Source of the DNA: Piromyces finnis finn
Taxonomy: Eukaryota; Fungi; Neocallimastigomycota
Direction: 5' to 3'
DNA: 64,000 nt
Assembly (NCBI GenBank): GCA_002104945.1
Contig: MCFH01000031.1
Location: forward strand, 310,001-374,000
In this document: piece after piece, positions 19,908-32,966 of the stretch
Position numbering within the stretch: the first letter of the stretch is position 1
Layout: each line of letters begins with the position of its first letter
Program-made: the position numbers and the translations under genes
The notes under the pieces: model-generated
Database searches by the model: none
What the model was told of the DNA's origin: nothing
What the model saw: the letters and a program-made list of their open reading frames with translations, nothing else

Positions 19908-21774
19908 ATGAGTGAGAATAATAATAGTAATGTTAAAAAAATTAGTAATGATATTTGGAACTGGCTTAATGGGCCAGAGGAAGAAGAAGCTGCTGCTCAT
20001 ATGTCTTTTTTCCAAAGAAGTGCTATGCAGAACCGTAATAGTCAATATACTCGTCAAGTTCGTCAAGGACAACAACTTTATGATACCAGTAATAATAATA
20101 CACCATTTAGTCCTCAAAAAAGTAAACCAACATCAAAAAATCAAGATGATAGTAAAGTTCCATTGAGAAGAGCTACTTTGGACGATGAAGAAATCGAAGA
20201 TTATGATTTTTATTCATCAGATCATTTAGATAAAATATTTGATGTTGTTATTGAGATTCAAGAAGAATATGATAAAAAGAAAAAAGAAGAACAAATGAAA
20301 TTAATGCAAAGCCAAAAAGTAAATCAAGAAAAAGTACCTAAAGCATTACTTAATCCAGAAGTTCAAAGACAAATTAAAAAACAAAAAACTTATAAACCAA
20401 TTTTCTTAGTTACATTAACAATAATACAAATTGTTATTATGATAGCAGAGCTTGGTATTAATTGGATAAAGATGGGTACTCCAATTGATTTTAATCTTGA
20501 AAATTTCAATATTATGGTTGGACCATCAACTTCTGTAAGTTTAAAATATTAAGATTTATTTGTATATATATAATAATAATAATAGAAAACATCAATGCGT
20601 CATAAATAGCAAAAGATAATAATAACATGTTATTTTTCCAATTTATTATTATCATATTTAATTATTTATTTTTTGACATGTAAATTAACAATATACATAT
20701 TTTATGCTTTAAACATTAGGTATTAATTCATTTTGGAGCTAGGTGGGTACCTTGTATGAGAACTGGTTTTGAAAATAAAAATATTGGATGTCTCGATGGT
20801 GTTAATCCTTATAAGAATATTACAATAGATAATAAACCTGTTGAAATTTGTAGACTAAGTGATATGTGTGGTATGGGATTAGTAGATGGCGAAGTACCAA
20901 ATCAATGGTGGAGGTTTATTACTCCAATTTTCCTTCATGCTGGTCTTGTTCACATTATCACTAATTTGTTTTTCCAAGTAATTATTTATTTTCTGTTCAA
21001 TATAATTATTTTAATTATTAAAACTAGTTATCTTATTAAAACAATTTATATATATACAATATTAATGAACTCTATTTTTTCTTTAATAATAGGTAAGGGT
21101 TGGATTTCAAATGGAAAGAGATTTTGGTAGTTTAAGAATTTTCCTTATTTATTTCATATGTGGAATTTCAGGTTTTATGTTTGGTGCTGATTATTCTATT
21201 CAAACACCCAGTGTTGGATGTTCTGGCTCACTATATGGTAATTATTATAACTTGAACTTGTTAATATATATTATATATACAATAATATTCTATTTACAAT
21301 ATATTTTAAATAATGAATAAATAAAAATTACATAAAACTAAAACTTTTTTTTTAAATATTTTTTTATATTTATTATTGAAAAAACTTTAAAAAGGTTTGA
21401 TTGCTTGTTTACTTCTTGATTTAATTTTAAACTGGAAATTATTAATTAAACCTGTAAGAGAATTAATGAAGATGTTAATGGTTGTTGTCATTTCTCTTGG
21501 TGTTGGTTTACTTCCATTTGTTGATAACTTTGCTCACGTTGGCGGTTTTGTAACTGGTCTAATAGCTGGATTAATATTATTACCATCCATTAAATTTAAT
21601 ATGAAAGATCGTATTATAAAGAAGACAGTAACCATTTTATGTATACCATTATTAGTAATTGTTTTTGCTTATTTAATTATAAGTTTCTATAAGAGTGATT
21701 CAATTAAGTGTGAATGGTGTAAATATGTTAATTGTTTACCAATTAATGGATGGTGTGATGACATGATATTGTAA
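19908..21774 (+). CDS. Rhomboid intramembrane serine protease (7-TM secretase type), ~469 aa
   Basis: Exons 19908-20534, 20720-20977, 21093-21237, 21395-21774; an alternative in-frame ATG lies at 19878. Motifs: GPSTSVLIHFGARWVPCMR, QWWRFITPIFLHAG (WR motif), SVGCSGSLYG (catalytic Ser), DNFAHVGGF (catalytic His), C-terminal CEWCKYVNCLP. Confidence 0.92.
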
Positions 21775-22692
21775 TTTTTATTAGTATTCACAAATCATCA
21801 TCATCAAAACAAATCAAACAAACATTTTTCAAATTATCAAACGTTAATATTCATATTAATTATCATAGAAGTTGACAATTCAAATAAAAGCAAGCAAATA
21901 CATCATAACAAATAATAAATGAAATTATATATATATCCACATCTCAATTTACAAATATTAGATAACTTTTTTTTTTTCTTTAGTTAAAAAAAAAGTAATT
22001 ATCCATTAACAGCTATATATAAATTATTATTTACATATACATACATAATACATAATAATATTATTAATTTTTAAACAATGTAATATCTTAAAAAAAAATT
22101 TTTTTTTTGTTTTTATCATTATTTGTATAAATATTCTTTATATTTATTAATTTTTATTTTAAATATTTTTTTTATTTATAATTAAATACTTTAAGATTAC
22201 TTTTTTATTTTAAGAAAAATATATATATATATATTCATATACACACATAAATAAATAATACAATATTATTTATTTATAATCATTATTTTTTTAATATTTA
22301 TTTAAACTTTAAACCGAATAATAGTAATAATAATTATAAAATTAAATAGTAGTTATAAAACAGATAAATATATATATATATACATACCTACATATGCATG
22401 ACAATCTAAAAAAAAAAAAAAAAAAAGAAATAAAAATAAAAAAAAAAAAAAAAAAAATAAAAATTTCATTTTTCTTCTTTGATGCTACAAAGTGGCATAT
22501 AGAATCATTATCTTTTTTCTTTTTTTACTTTTTAAAAATAAATTTATGTTAACATTTTCCTTTTATTAATTATAATAAATTAAAAGTTTAAATTTTTAAT
22601 TAAAATTTATAGATATTCTATTTTTTTTTTTTTTTTAATATTGTATAGTTTAAAGATAATTAAAAAAAAAAAAAGTATTTAAAAGAAAGTAG

Positions 22693-22723
<31 letters not shown>

Positions 22724-22929
22724 AAAAAAACAAAATACATATAATAAGAAAGATAAAGAATATTAATAAATTAAAAGAGGTTTAATTTTTTTTCTTTTCT
22801 GTATTGACTTTATATAATTTATTATTATTTTTTGTTACAAAAAGTTTTTTTTTTTTAAAAAAAAAAGAAAAAAGTATTTAAAAGAAAGTAGAAAAAAAAA
22901 AAAAAAAAAAGGAAAAAGAAATTAACACA

Positions 22930-25900
22930 ATGGATAATAGTGATCCAAACATTTCAGAAAAGCAACCCCTTCTTGATAATGAACAGCCATCAACAACTAA
23001 TGAAAATGTAGAAGATGATGCTTTACCAAGTCCAACACCAAGTCAACATTCTCATAGTTCTCATAGTTCTGTTCGTAGAAATAAAAAACCTGTTACACCA
23101 CTTGAATTTATTTTATTAGTTATTGTTATGTTTTTATCTATTTTTATTATTATTTTTGGAAGTAAGTCTTTTATAGAGGAATAAAATAGTAAAAAGAAAA
23201 AAAAAAAAGTATATATATATATATTCATATATTAGATAAATCCAAATTCAAATTCTTTTTTTTTTCTTTATTTTTATTCAAGTTCTTTATTCAAAGTCCA
23301 ATGATACTTCAAAGGCTGAAGAAGAAGTAAATGTTTCACACTTTATAAATTAAAACTAGCAGAAAAAAAATAATAATGAAATTTCAAATTACAATTTTAA
23401 ATTTTATTTTTTTTTAAAAAAATAAATTAAAAATAATAATATAAATATTAAAAAAAATATATATATTTTCTTTCCTTTTGATATAATAATAAGATTTGTT
23501 TACGACCAGAATGTATTATTACATCAGCTAGAATTTTAAGTAGTATGGATACTACTATTGATCCATGTGATGATTTCTATCAATTTACTTGTGGAAATTG
23601 GATGGTATTATTACCCATTTTTAATAAATATATATAAATTTATATGTTGATATCTATAAATATTTATCTACTATGTATATATTAAATATAAAATATTAAT
23701 ATATTTCAATTATAACAATAGAATGAAAATGTCATTCCAGACGATAAAACTAGGATTTCTACTTTTGATAGCATTTTCAAGAAAAACATTGTTAGTAACA
23801 ATAATATAAAATATAGTAAAGAAAATATATATATATATATATTTGAAATAAATAAAAATTAATATATATTATGATAATATTATTATATTACATATTACAT
23901 ATCTTATATTAAACCATTTCAATTTGAAATAACAATATATATTTGGGTATATAATCAATCAATAACGTTTTTGATTGGAATTTAAAAGAATATTTTACGT
24001 AATGCTCTTGAAGGTGAATATCAAGAAAACAAAAAATTAAGTGAAGATAATAAAAGTTATGATAAAACTATCTTCCAACAATTAAAGAATGTTTATGAAA
24101 CATGTATTGATACTGATAAGATTGAAGAAAAAGGAAAAGAACCATTAGTTGAATTACTTAAACAATTAAAAATTAATGAAAACAAACTTTCCTACAATGA
24201 TTCTAAGGAATTAACTAAATTAGTTATTAAACTTCATAATACTGGTGCTTCTGCTTTCTTTGATATGGGCGTTTCTGCTGATCAAAAGAATCCAGATCTT
24301 AATGTTATTTATATTGGCCAATCTGGTTTAGGTTTACCAAGTAAGGAATATTATGAAGAAGAAGAAATAATCAATGCTTATGAAGACGTCATTAAGAATA
24401 TGTTTGATAATATTTTTGATGATGAAACTAGAGATAGTGCTATCATTGCTAAATCAATTATTGAATTTGAAAAGAAATTAGCTAAAGTTACTGTTCCATC
24501 GTATGTTTTTTTTTTTTTTTTTTTACTCTTTTTTATTATTTCTATTATTAATAATATAAATTAGAATTAGTATTTCTTTTTTTTTTTTTAATTCTATATC
24601 CCAATATTTCTATCATTATGAATGAATTATTAAATATATATATATATTTAATTATACTCATTTATTACATTATTTTTATTTTAATTTATATAAAGTCAAG
24701 ATATGCAAGATCCAAGTGCTACCTATAATGAAAATAATCTTAGATCATTAACTGAAAAATATCCGAATATTGAATGGAGAGATTACTTTAACAAAAGATT
24801 TGAAGCTTATGATATTGAGAATGGTATTCAAGAAGATTCTTTAATTATTGTAGATGCTCCACAGTTCTTTGAAGGTTTAAATACTATTGTTAAAGAAGCA
24901 GATATTGAAACTTTAGCTGCCTACGCTGAATGGTAAAATTGAATATGACTTTTATATATAATATATTTACTTCTTTTTTTTTTCCAATTTATTGAATTTA
25001 TGTTTTCTTTTAGGCAAGTTATTAGAGTTTATGGTAAATATATTAAAGAAGATTTACAAGAACCATTAAAGAAATTAAGAAAGATACTTACTGGTAATAT
25101 ATAATATATTTATTATTTTCATATATCTTATATTTATTAATTCAATTATATATAAAAAAATAACCTAATTTATTCATTTATATTATTATTATTATTATGG
25201 TTATACGATTATTATGATTATTTTTTTTTTCATTATATTTATTCTTAGGTGCTAAAATCGATCCACCAAGATCCGAATACTGTGTTAGAATTGTTGATGG
25301 TATTATGGGTATGGCAGCTAGTAAACTTTTCATTGAAAAGGCATTTGCTGGTGATAGTAAGGAAGCTTCAGAAAAGACTATTGAATATATTAAAGAAGCC
25401 ATGAGTCACCGCATTCCACAAATGCCATGGCTTGATCGTCAAACCCGTAATTTAGCTATTCAAAAGGTCTTTTCTCTCACCAATAAAATTGGTTATCCAG
25501 ATTTTGTTATGGATCCAAAGAAGGTCTCTGAAGAATATGAAGGATTAACTATTAGTGATGATGATTTCTTTACAAATGTTGTTAATTCCAATACCTTTGA
25601 TATTGGTAAGAATTTAAAGGATATCAAGAAACCAGTAGATAGATCAAAGTGGGAAATGACCCCACAAGTAAGTAATAAATAATATTATTAAATTTTTTTT
25701 TAAAGAAAAGAATATATGTAATATACAGTATATTTTTTAAATAATTAATACCCATATATATTATATAAATGTTTACATTTTTAATACCTCTTTATTATTA
25801 TTATTATAATTATAATTTATTATATCAAATTAATATTTTAAAATATTTTAATTTTTTTTTTTATATTGAATCCTATTTTAATTTCTTTTTAGACTGTTAA

Positions 25901-27123
25901 TGCCTACTATAATCCACCAATGAATGAAATTGTATTCCCAGCTGGTATTTTACAAACACCTTTCTTTAGTGCTAAGGATCCATATTACTTAAATTATGGT
26001 GGTATTGGTGCTGTAGTTGGTCATGAATTAACTCATGCCTTCGATAATAATGGTAGACAATATGATTCTAAGGGAAAATTAAGTAACTGGGTAATGATTT
26101 TATAAAATTTTTAAAATCAGAAATTTCTAAAAAATATCTTAATTTTAAAAATATATATTAAAATATATATTCCTAAAAATTATTTCAATTTTATTTATTA
26201 TTTTCTCCCTTTTAATTTGTATATAAATCTATTAATATTTTATCATATGCTAATTCATCTATTTATATAAATGGATAGTGGTCTAACTCCACTCTTGAAG
26301 AATTTAATAAATTAGCACAATGCTTTATTGATCAGTAAGTGTACCATTATACCTATATAAATTTAGGTGCAAATATATATATAATTTTTAGAATATTATA
26401 ACATAAAATACTTTTTATGTATTTACATTTGATTGTAAAATATATTTTTATTTTTATATTTAATCATCATTTTTTGTATCAATATAAAAAAAAAATAGAT
26501 ATGAAAGTTATTATGTAGAAGACAAAAAGGGTAATAAATATTACATTAAAGGAAAGGTAAATAAAAAAAATATATATATATATATATAATATATTCTCTC
26601 TTTTTTTTTATCAGTGGTTAAAATTATATGAATAGATGTAATAGATGAATAAAAAGAAAAAGAAAATATATCATTAATTTTATATCATTTATATATTAAC
26701 CTTAATTCCCCTCCAATGTTTCATTTTCGTTACATCCACCTTCTTTTCTATTAATTAAAATTTTATTAAATAAAACAGTTAACCCTTGGTGAAAATCTTG
26801 CTGATAATGGTGGTCTTGCACGTGCCTATGAAGCTTGGAAAATTTCACTCACCAGAGATGCTGAAAATGCAAAGAAGCATAATGAAAAGCTTCCAGGTCT
26901 TTCCCAATATACATTAGATCAACTTTTTTACATTTCCTTTGGACAAATTTGGTGTAGTAAGTCTAGACCAGAAACAGCTGTTCAACGTATTCGTACAGAT
27001 CCACATTCACCACCACAACATCGTGTTAATGGTGCAGTTAGTAATTCAAAACATTTTTCTGAAACCTTTAATTGTCCAGCCAATGCACCAATGAATCCTG
27101 AAAAGAAATGTTTAATTTGGTAG
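22930..27123 (+). CDS. M13 family zinc metallopeptidase (neprilysin/endothelin-converting-enzyme-like), type II membrane protein, ~786 aa
   Basis: Twelve exons join in frame: 22930-23161, 23283-23326, 23494-23604, 23722-23790, 23989-24500, 24696-24932, 25014-25093, 25249-25667, 25893-26090, 26279-26334, 26499-26556, 26779-27123. N-terminal TM anchor, [28 protein letters not shown] (HExxH), [10 protein letters not shown]-terminal [16 protein letters not shown]. Confidence 0.95.
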
Positions 27124-27350
27124 AAAGAGAAATAGTAAAAAAAAAAAAAAAAAAAAAGAAAGAAAAAATTCAATTTAAATCATTTCAAATCCTATTATTC
27201 ATGAAAAGAACCTAGGCTAACCTATATATATTGAAAAAAAAAAAAAGAGGAATTGTTTTTTTTTATTATATAAGATTGAAATAGGAATAAATAATAATAA
27301 ATATTAATTAAAAATTATTAAGAAATCACAATAAAATCAAAAAAGACATT

Positions 27351-27383
<33 letters not shown>

Positions 27384-30300
27384 TTATGTCAGAATTGTTA
27401 TAACAATAATCCTTTTTTTTAATAACATGAACACTCAAAATGTAAATATTTTATTACTAAAAAAAAAATAAAGGATAAATAAACATATATAAACTAAATA
27501 ATATAGTTACTATATTATTTTTTTTTTTATTTTACCATTTTTATTTTTCATTATTTCCCTATTTATTGTGTAAAATTACTCGATAATTAATATTATTTAA
27601 TTTTATCTAGTTTTATCAATATATTTTATTATTTATCTTATAAGAATGTTTATAACAAATACAATATATTCTTTAAAATATAATATTATATATATTAATT
27701 TATAATATAGTACTATTATTTTCTATCTGTAGCTATAGAGATGTAATATGTTTGAATAATTTTAATAATAAAATTGAGATAGAATTGTTTATTTTTTTCT
27801 TTTCTACATATACTATAAATAACCAACATAAAAAAATTTTTTTTAAACATTAATTTTTTAATATGTTTATATTTTAAAAAAAAAATACCACATTAAAATT
27901 AATTAATTTATTATTGAATAGATTCATTTAATTTTTATTTAATTTCTATAAAACAACTTGTGATTTTCTATAAAAAATATTAAAAAAGAAAACGGCGGGT
28001 AACATAATAATTATTTAAATAGTAAAAAAAAAAAAAAGGTTTTATATGTATTATTATAAATTATTATTATTAAAAAATAAGCTCTTTTTTTTTATATTAA
28101 TTATTTATCAGTAAAGAAAAAAATTATTAGTAAATAAACTTATTTTTATAAATATACTATTATTGTTATTACTAACATTTAAAAAAAAACTAAATAATAA
28201 TAATAACCATAATAATAAAAAAAGGTTTTTTATCTAGTTTATATTTAATAGTATTCATTCCTCCTTTTCTATTTCTATTTCTATAAAATTAATTTCAAAT
28301 TTTTTGACATTTAATATATTTTATTATAATTTTAATATATTCAACGTCATTAAACTTTATTTGATTAATATATTTATTCTATTGGAAATGTATATTTAAT
28401 ATATGTAATAATAGAATTCATTTTAACATAATAATTAAAATTTTAAAACTTTAAAAAGTTTAAAATTTTTTTCTGGTAATTTTATTTATTTTAATATAAA
28501 TTAAAGTTTGATATTAAATTGACATTTTTTATTAAAAAAAAAAAGTTTCAAAGAATGAAAAAAAGTAAAGGGAAATAACATAATTAGTAATGAAATGGGT
28601 TTTAATTATAGTAAATAAGTTATACTATAAAATAGTTAACTATTTTCCGAATTTATAATAATAATGATGATACTAAAAAAGAAAAAATAAATATTTCAAA
28701 AATGCATTTCTATATATCTTATTAAAAATTAAAATAGGTAATTCCTTAATATTCTTGATAATAAATAATATTATTGTTGCTAGGGCACCATTATAATCTT
28801 ATTTTTATATATTTTCATTCCATTTTGTTATTTTTTTAACATTATTAATAATAAGTAGTTATATATAATTATATTTATTATTTTTAATATACTTTTTAGT
28901 TCTTTTACTTAATTCAATTTATGTATTCTTTTCAGAGTTTTAAAACTTAAAAAGTATTAAAAGAATTATCTTTATACTATTAATACTATCATAGATGTTA
29001 TTGTTAATAGTATATATTTTAATTATTGTTATTGTATCTATCATGATCACTGTATCTTTTATTATAAAAAAAAAATAGTATTTGAATGTTAAATGTAAAT
29101 AATTTTCAATATTATCTATTTTTGTTAAGAATGTATCCAACCTAATTTTTTCAATTTCAACTTTTAATTTTAATATATATTTCTTTAACCAATAAAATTT
29201 AAGCTATGATCATGAGAAGGTTAGATGAAATTAGAATTAATTATATTTTAATTATAATAACAAGGATAAATTAAGGCCTTTATTCGAAAGAAAAAAACGG
29301 TCGTCTTTTTTTTTTTTTTTTTTTTTTTTTGAATGAAATAAATAATAAAAAGAAAAAGAATAAAAACAAAAGAAAATAAAAAATTAATTTTCAATGGAAA
29401 AGAACAATTAAAAAAATATTTTTATTCCCTATAACTTTATTAAATAGTTATAAAATGTTGAAATACTGAAATATGTACAAGTTTTTTTTCCCATTGAAAG
29501 GAAAAAGAATATATACTTTTTTTTTTATATAATGCATATAATAAACACAACAAGGAAATATTATTATTGCTTTTATTATGCTTCTTTGTGTAAGCCCCAA
29601 CAAAAGATTTAATACCATTGAATATTAATGGTATTTAAAAAAGCAAACCTTTTTTTAAATGTTATTTATTTAATTTATATCAACAATTTCAATTTCACTA
29701 TTTTTTTTTAAATCCATTTCTTAAAATCTTTAATTTTTTTTTATTTAAAAAAGAATATTATTCAATCATATATTTTGATTTAAAATCTTTATTTAAAAAT
29801 TCCATTTAAAATATATGATTTAATATATAAATAATTAAAATAATATAAGAATTATAATTAAATAATTAAAAAAAGGATAAAGGAGAAAATGCTTTTTTTT
29901 ATTATTATAATTAAAAAATATATATATATAAAAGTAAATTCCCTTTTTTTTTTCTTTTAAATAAATTTAAATATTTTTTTTTATTATTTCTTTCTTTAAA
30001 TTTTCTGTATATATTTTTCTTTTATAAATACAACAAAGACACCTTTTTTTTATATATAAACTTTTAAAGTATTACTTTTTTTTTTTTTTTTTTTTGATTT
30101 ATTAGGTGTCTTTTAATATAATTTAATAAATCTACCTCTAACAAAGAAAGAAAAAGATAAAAAAAAAAAAACAATAAATAAAAAAAAATAATATTTCAAT
30201 AATTACCACTAACACAGTACACCATAAAATATTTAATCAGAAACGTAAATACTTTAAAGTTATCAAAATAAAAAAAAATTTATCAATAAAAATTTAGATA

Positions 30301-32966
30301 TCTATTTTTTTTTTATCAAACTCTGTCTGGTACTAGAGAAAATACAACTCTATGAAATATACTTTCCAACAAATAAACAATAAAGAAAAAAGATAAAATA
30401 TAAATAATAAATCAATAAAGAGATCTTTTATGAAATTTTTTAAAAAAAGGTAACTATATTTTTTTTTTCTTTTTATAATTTTTATTTGCTGTTGTTGTTG
30501 TTGTTGTTTATACGAAAAAGATAAAAAAAGAAATGATAAGATAAAACTCAACATTGATAATAATAATAAAATAAAGAATTTTAAAGATAAAATTATTTAA
30601 AAGCACTTTTCCTTTTTTTCCCTTCAATCAAACCATAAAATAATTAAAAAAAGAAAACAAAAAAAGCACTTTTATAAAAGAGGCAAATAGCACCAAAACC
30701 AAAAAAGAAACTAGCTTTATTTTTACTTTCTATCACTTTTAATAAAAAAAATTTTAATATAAAAAATTAATCTTTCCATTTTTTTTAGATTAGAAAATTT
30801 ATAATTATTTTTTAATTTTTTTTGATATCTTTATTTTTTATCTATATTTTAATTTCAATTTATTTAATGCATATATTATAAATATATTATGATATATGGA
30901 ATAATTGAGTTAACATAAAAATAATTAAAAAAAAAAAAGATAATTATTATATTAATAGGAATTATATCATTTCATAAGAATTAAAGTTTCTTATTTTTTG
31001 TACTATTATGAAATAATTATGTAATAAAAAAAAAGGTTTCACAATAAGCCGAATTCAATTGAAAACATATAATAACAGTCAATTAATAATAAATATATAT
31101 TAATATAGAAATGTTTTTTAAAAATTAACATTATTTAACCAATAAAATTAATATAATGAAATCATATATTAAATATAACCAAAATAAATTATTAGAATAT
31201 TAATTATGTGTTAATAATATTATTTTAATTATAATTAATACAACAATAATTCTATATATTTGATATATTATGATAATATTATAATTAATTCAAAACAATA
31301 TTGTATATATTAGATAAGGTAGAATAATAAATTAAATAATTAGAAATAATATATTATATTTAATTAAATAATATATGAATTTTTTTTTCGTTTTTTCTTT
31401 TTAATTTGTAAAAAAAAAAATTAAAAGAAAAATATAGGAAAAAATTTAAACTATCAAGTAAATGTGGTAATAAAGAAAAAAAAGATAAATAAGAGAATCA
31501 AAACAAAAAAAAATTATAAAAAATACTAAAAAATAATAGAGAAAAAATCATCTAATTGTTATTACCAGCTTCATTCTTTTTTTTCTCTACACCATACGAC
31601 TATATTCTATTATCTGTTATTGTATTGAATTAAATTTTTTTTTTTTCAATAGTGATAGTAAATTTTATATAATAATAAAATTTTTTTTTTTACCAATAAT
31701 TTAATTAAAATCTTAATCAATGATTATCAAATAATCATAAAGTTTAAAATTTTATCAACAAAAAATTTTTAATATTTTTTCTACAAAATATTTTTTGTAA
31801 AAAAAAGGAATTTGTAAAAAAAAAAAAAAATAAAAAAAGAGGAATTAATATAATTCAATTATAATAATTATTATTTCAAAAATGAATCATTAAATAATAA
31901 TTAAAAATAATAGTTTTATATTCTATAGAGTAAATTATTAACCTATTGATTAATTCCTCTTTTTTTTTTTTTAATAGAGTTTTCAATTTTTATATTTATT
32001 ATTATTGTCAAAGCCATTGAGTTATTATTTTATTTTAATTTTTGTATGATAGTTTAGCAACAACAACAACAACAACAACACTGAAATAAATAAAACTTCA
32101 GTATATAGAAACGAGAAAAAGAGATAATTAATTTTTTTTTGTAAATTATAAAAATTTAATATATAGATAAAGATAAATATATATTGAGATAAAAAAAACT
32201 TCTATTAAAATGAAAATCTTAAAAAAATCAATCTAGAAAGCAAACTCTTTTTTTTTTGTTAAAACTATTAATAGTATCAAAATTGTAAAAATAAAACTAT
32301 AAAAAATAAAAAATAAAAACAAGCGAAAGAAAAAAAAAACTAAAAAATTAAATTATTATTTTATTATTCAATAATTTATAAAACTATTATTTCACATATT
32401 TCAATAATCTATTACAATAAGAAAGAAAACTCTATTTTTTTTAATACAATATAAAATTTTTCAAATAATAAAAAATAAAATAGAAAATAAAAAAAAAAAA
32501 AGAATAAAAAACAGGAAAAGAATAAATATAAATTATTTTATAAAACTAATTTATAATACCTTTTTTATTATTTCCTTTAATATTTAGGTTTATTGAAAGA
32601 AAACAATTCCTTTTTTTTTATTATATAATATATAAAATTAATATTATAATATATTTTATATATTTTGTATAAAAAAAATAAAAATAAAATAATTCACATT
32701 TATATAAATATATAAAATATCAAATAGCTTAGATATAAAATAATACTATTATTATAAAAAGTTATTTTATATAAAGGCGTTTGAATAAAATATCATTTAA
32801 AAATTAAAGGAAATAAATTATAACCGTCGTTTCAATACAAATTATAGATTCGATATTAGATAACCAATATAAAAAAAATAGAAAAAAAAAACTTTCCGTA
32901 ATTTTTAAAGTGGAAATATATTAATACATCAATTTTTTTTAAAATTATTATTATTATACTATCATA

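Noticed and set aside
27124-32966. Multi-kb gene-free AT deserts (also 14631-19877 and 49043-54653) as possible centromere, ncRNA or CRISPR-like loci
   Set aside because: No regular repeat-spacer structure, tRNA cloverleaf or satellite unit seen; long poly(A)/poly(T)-rich intergenic DNA is ordinary throughout this window.
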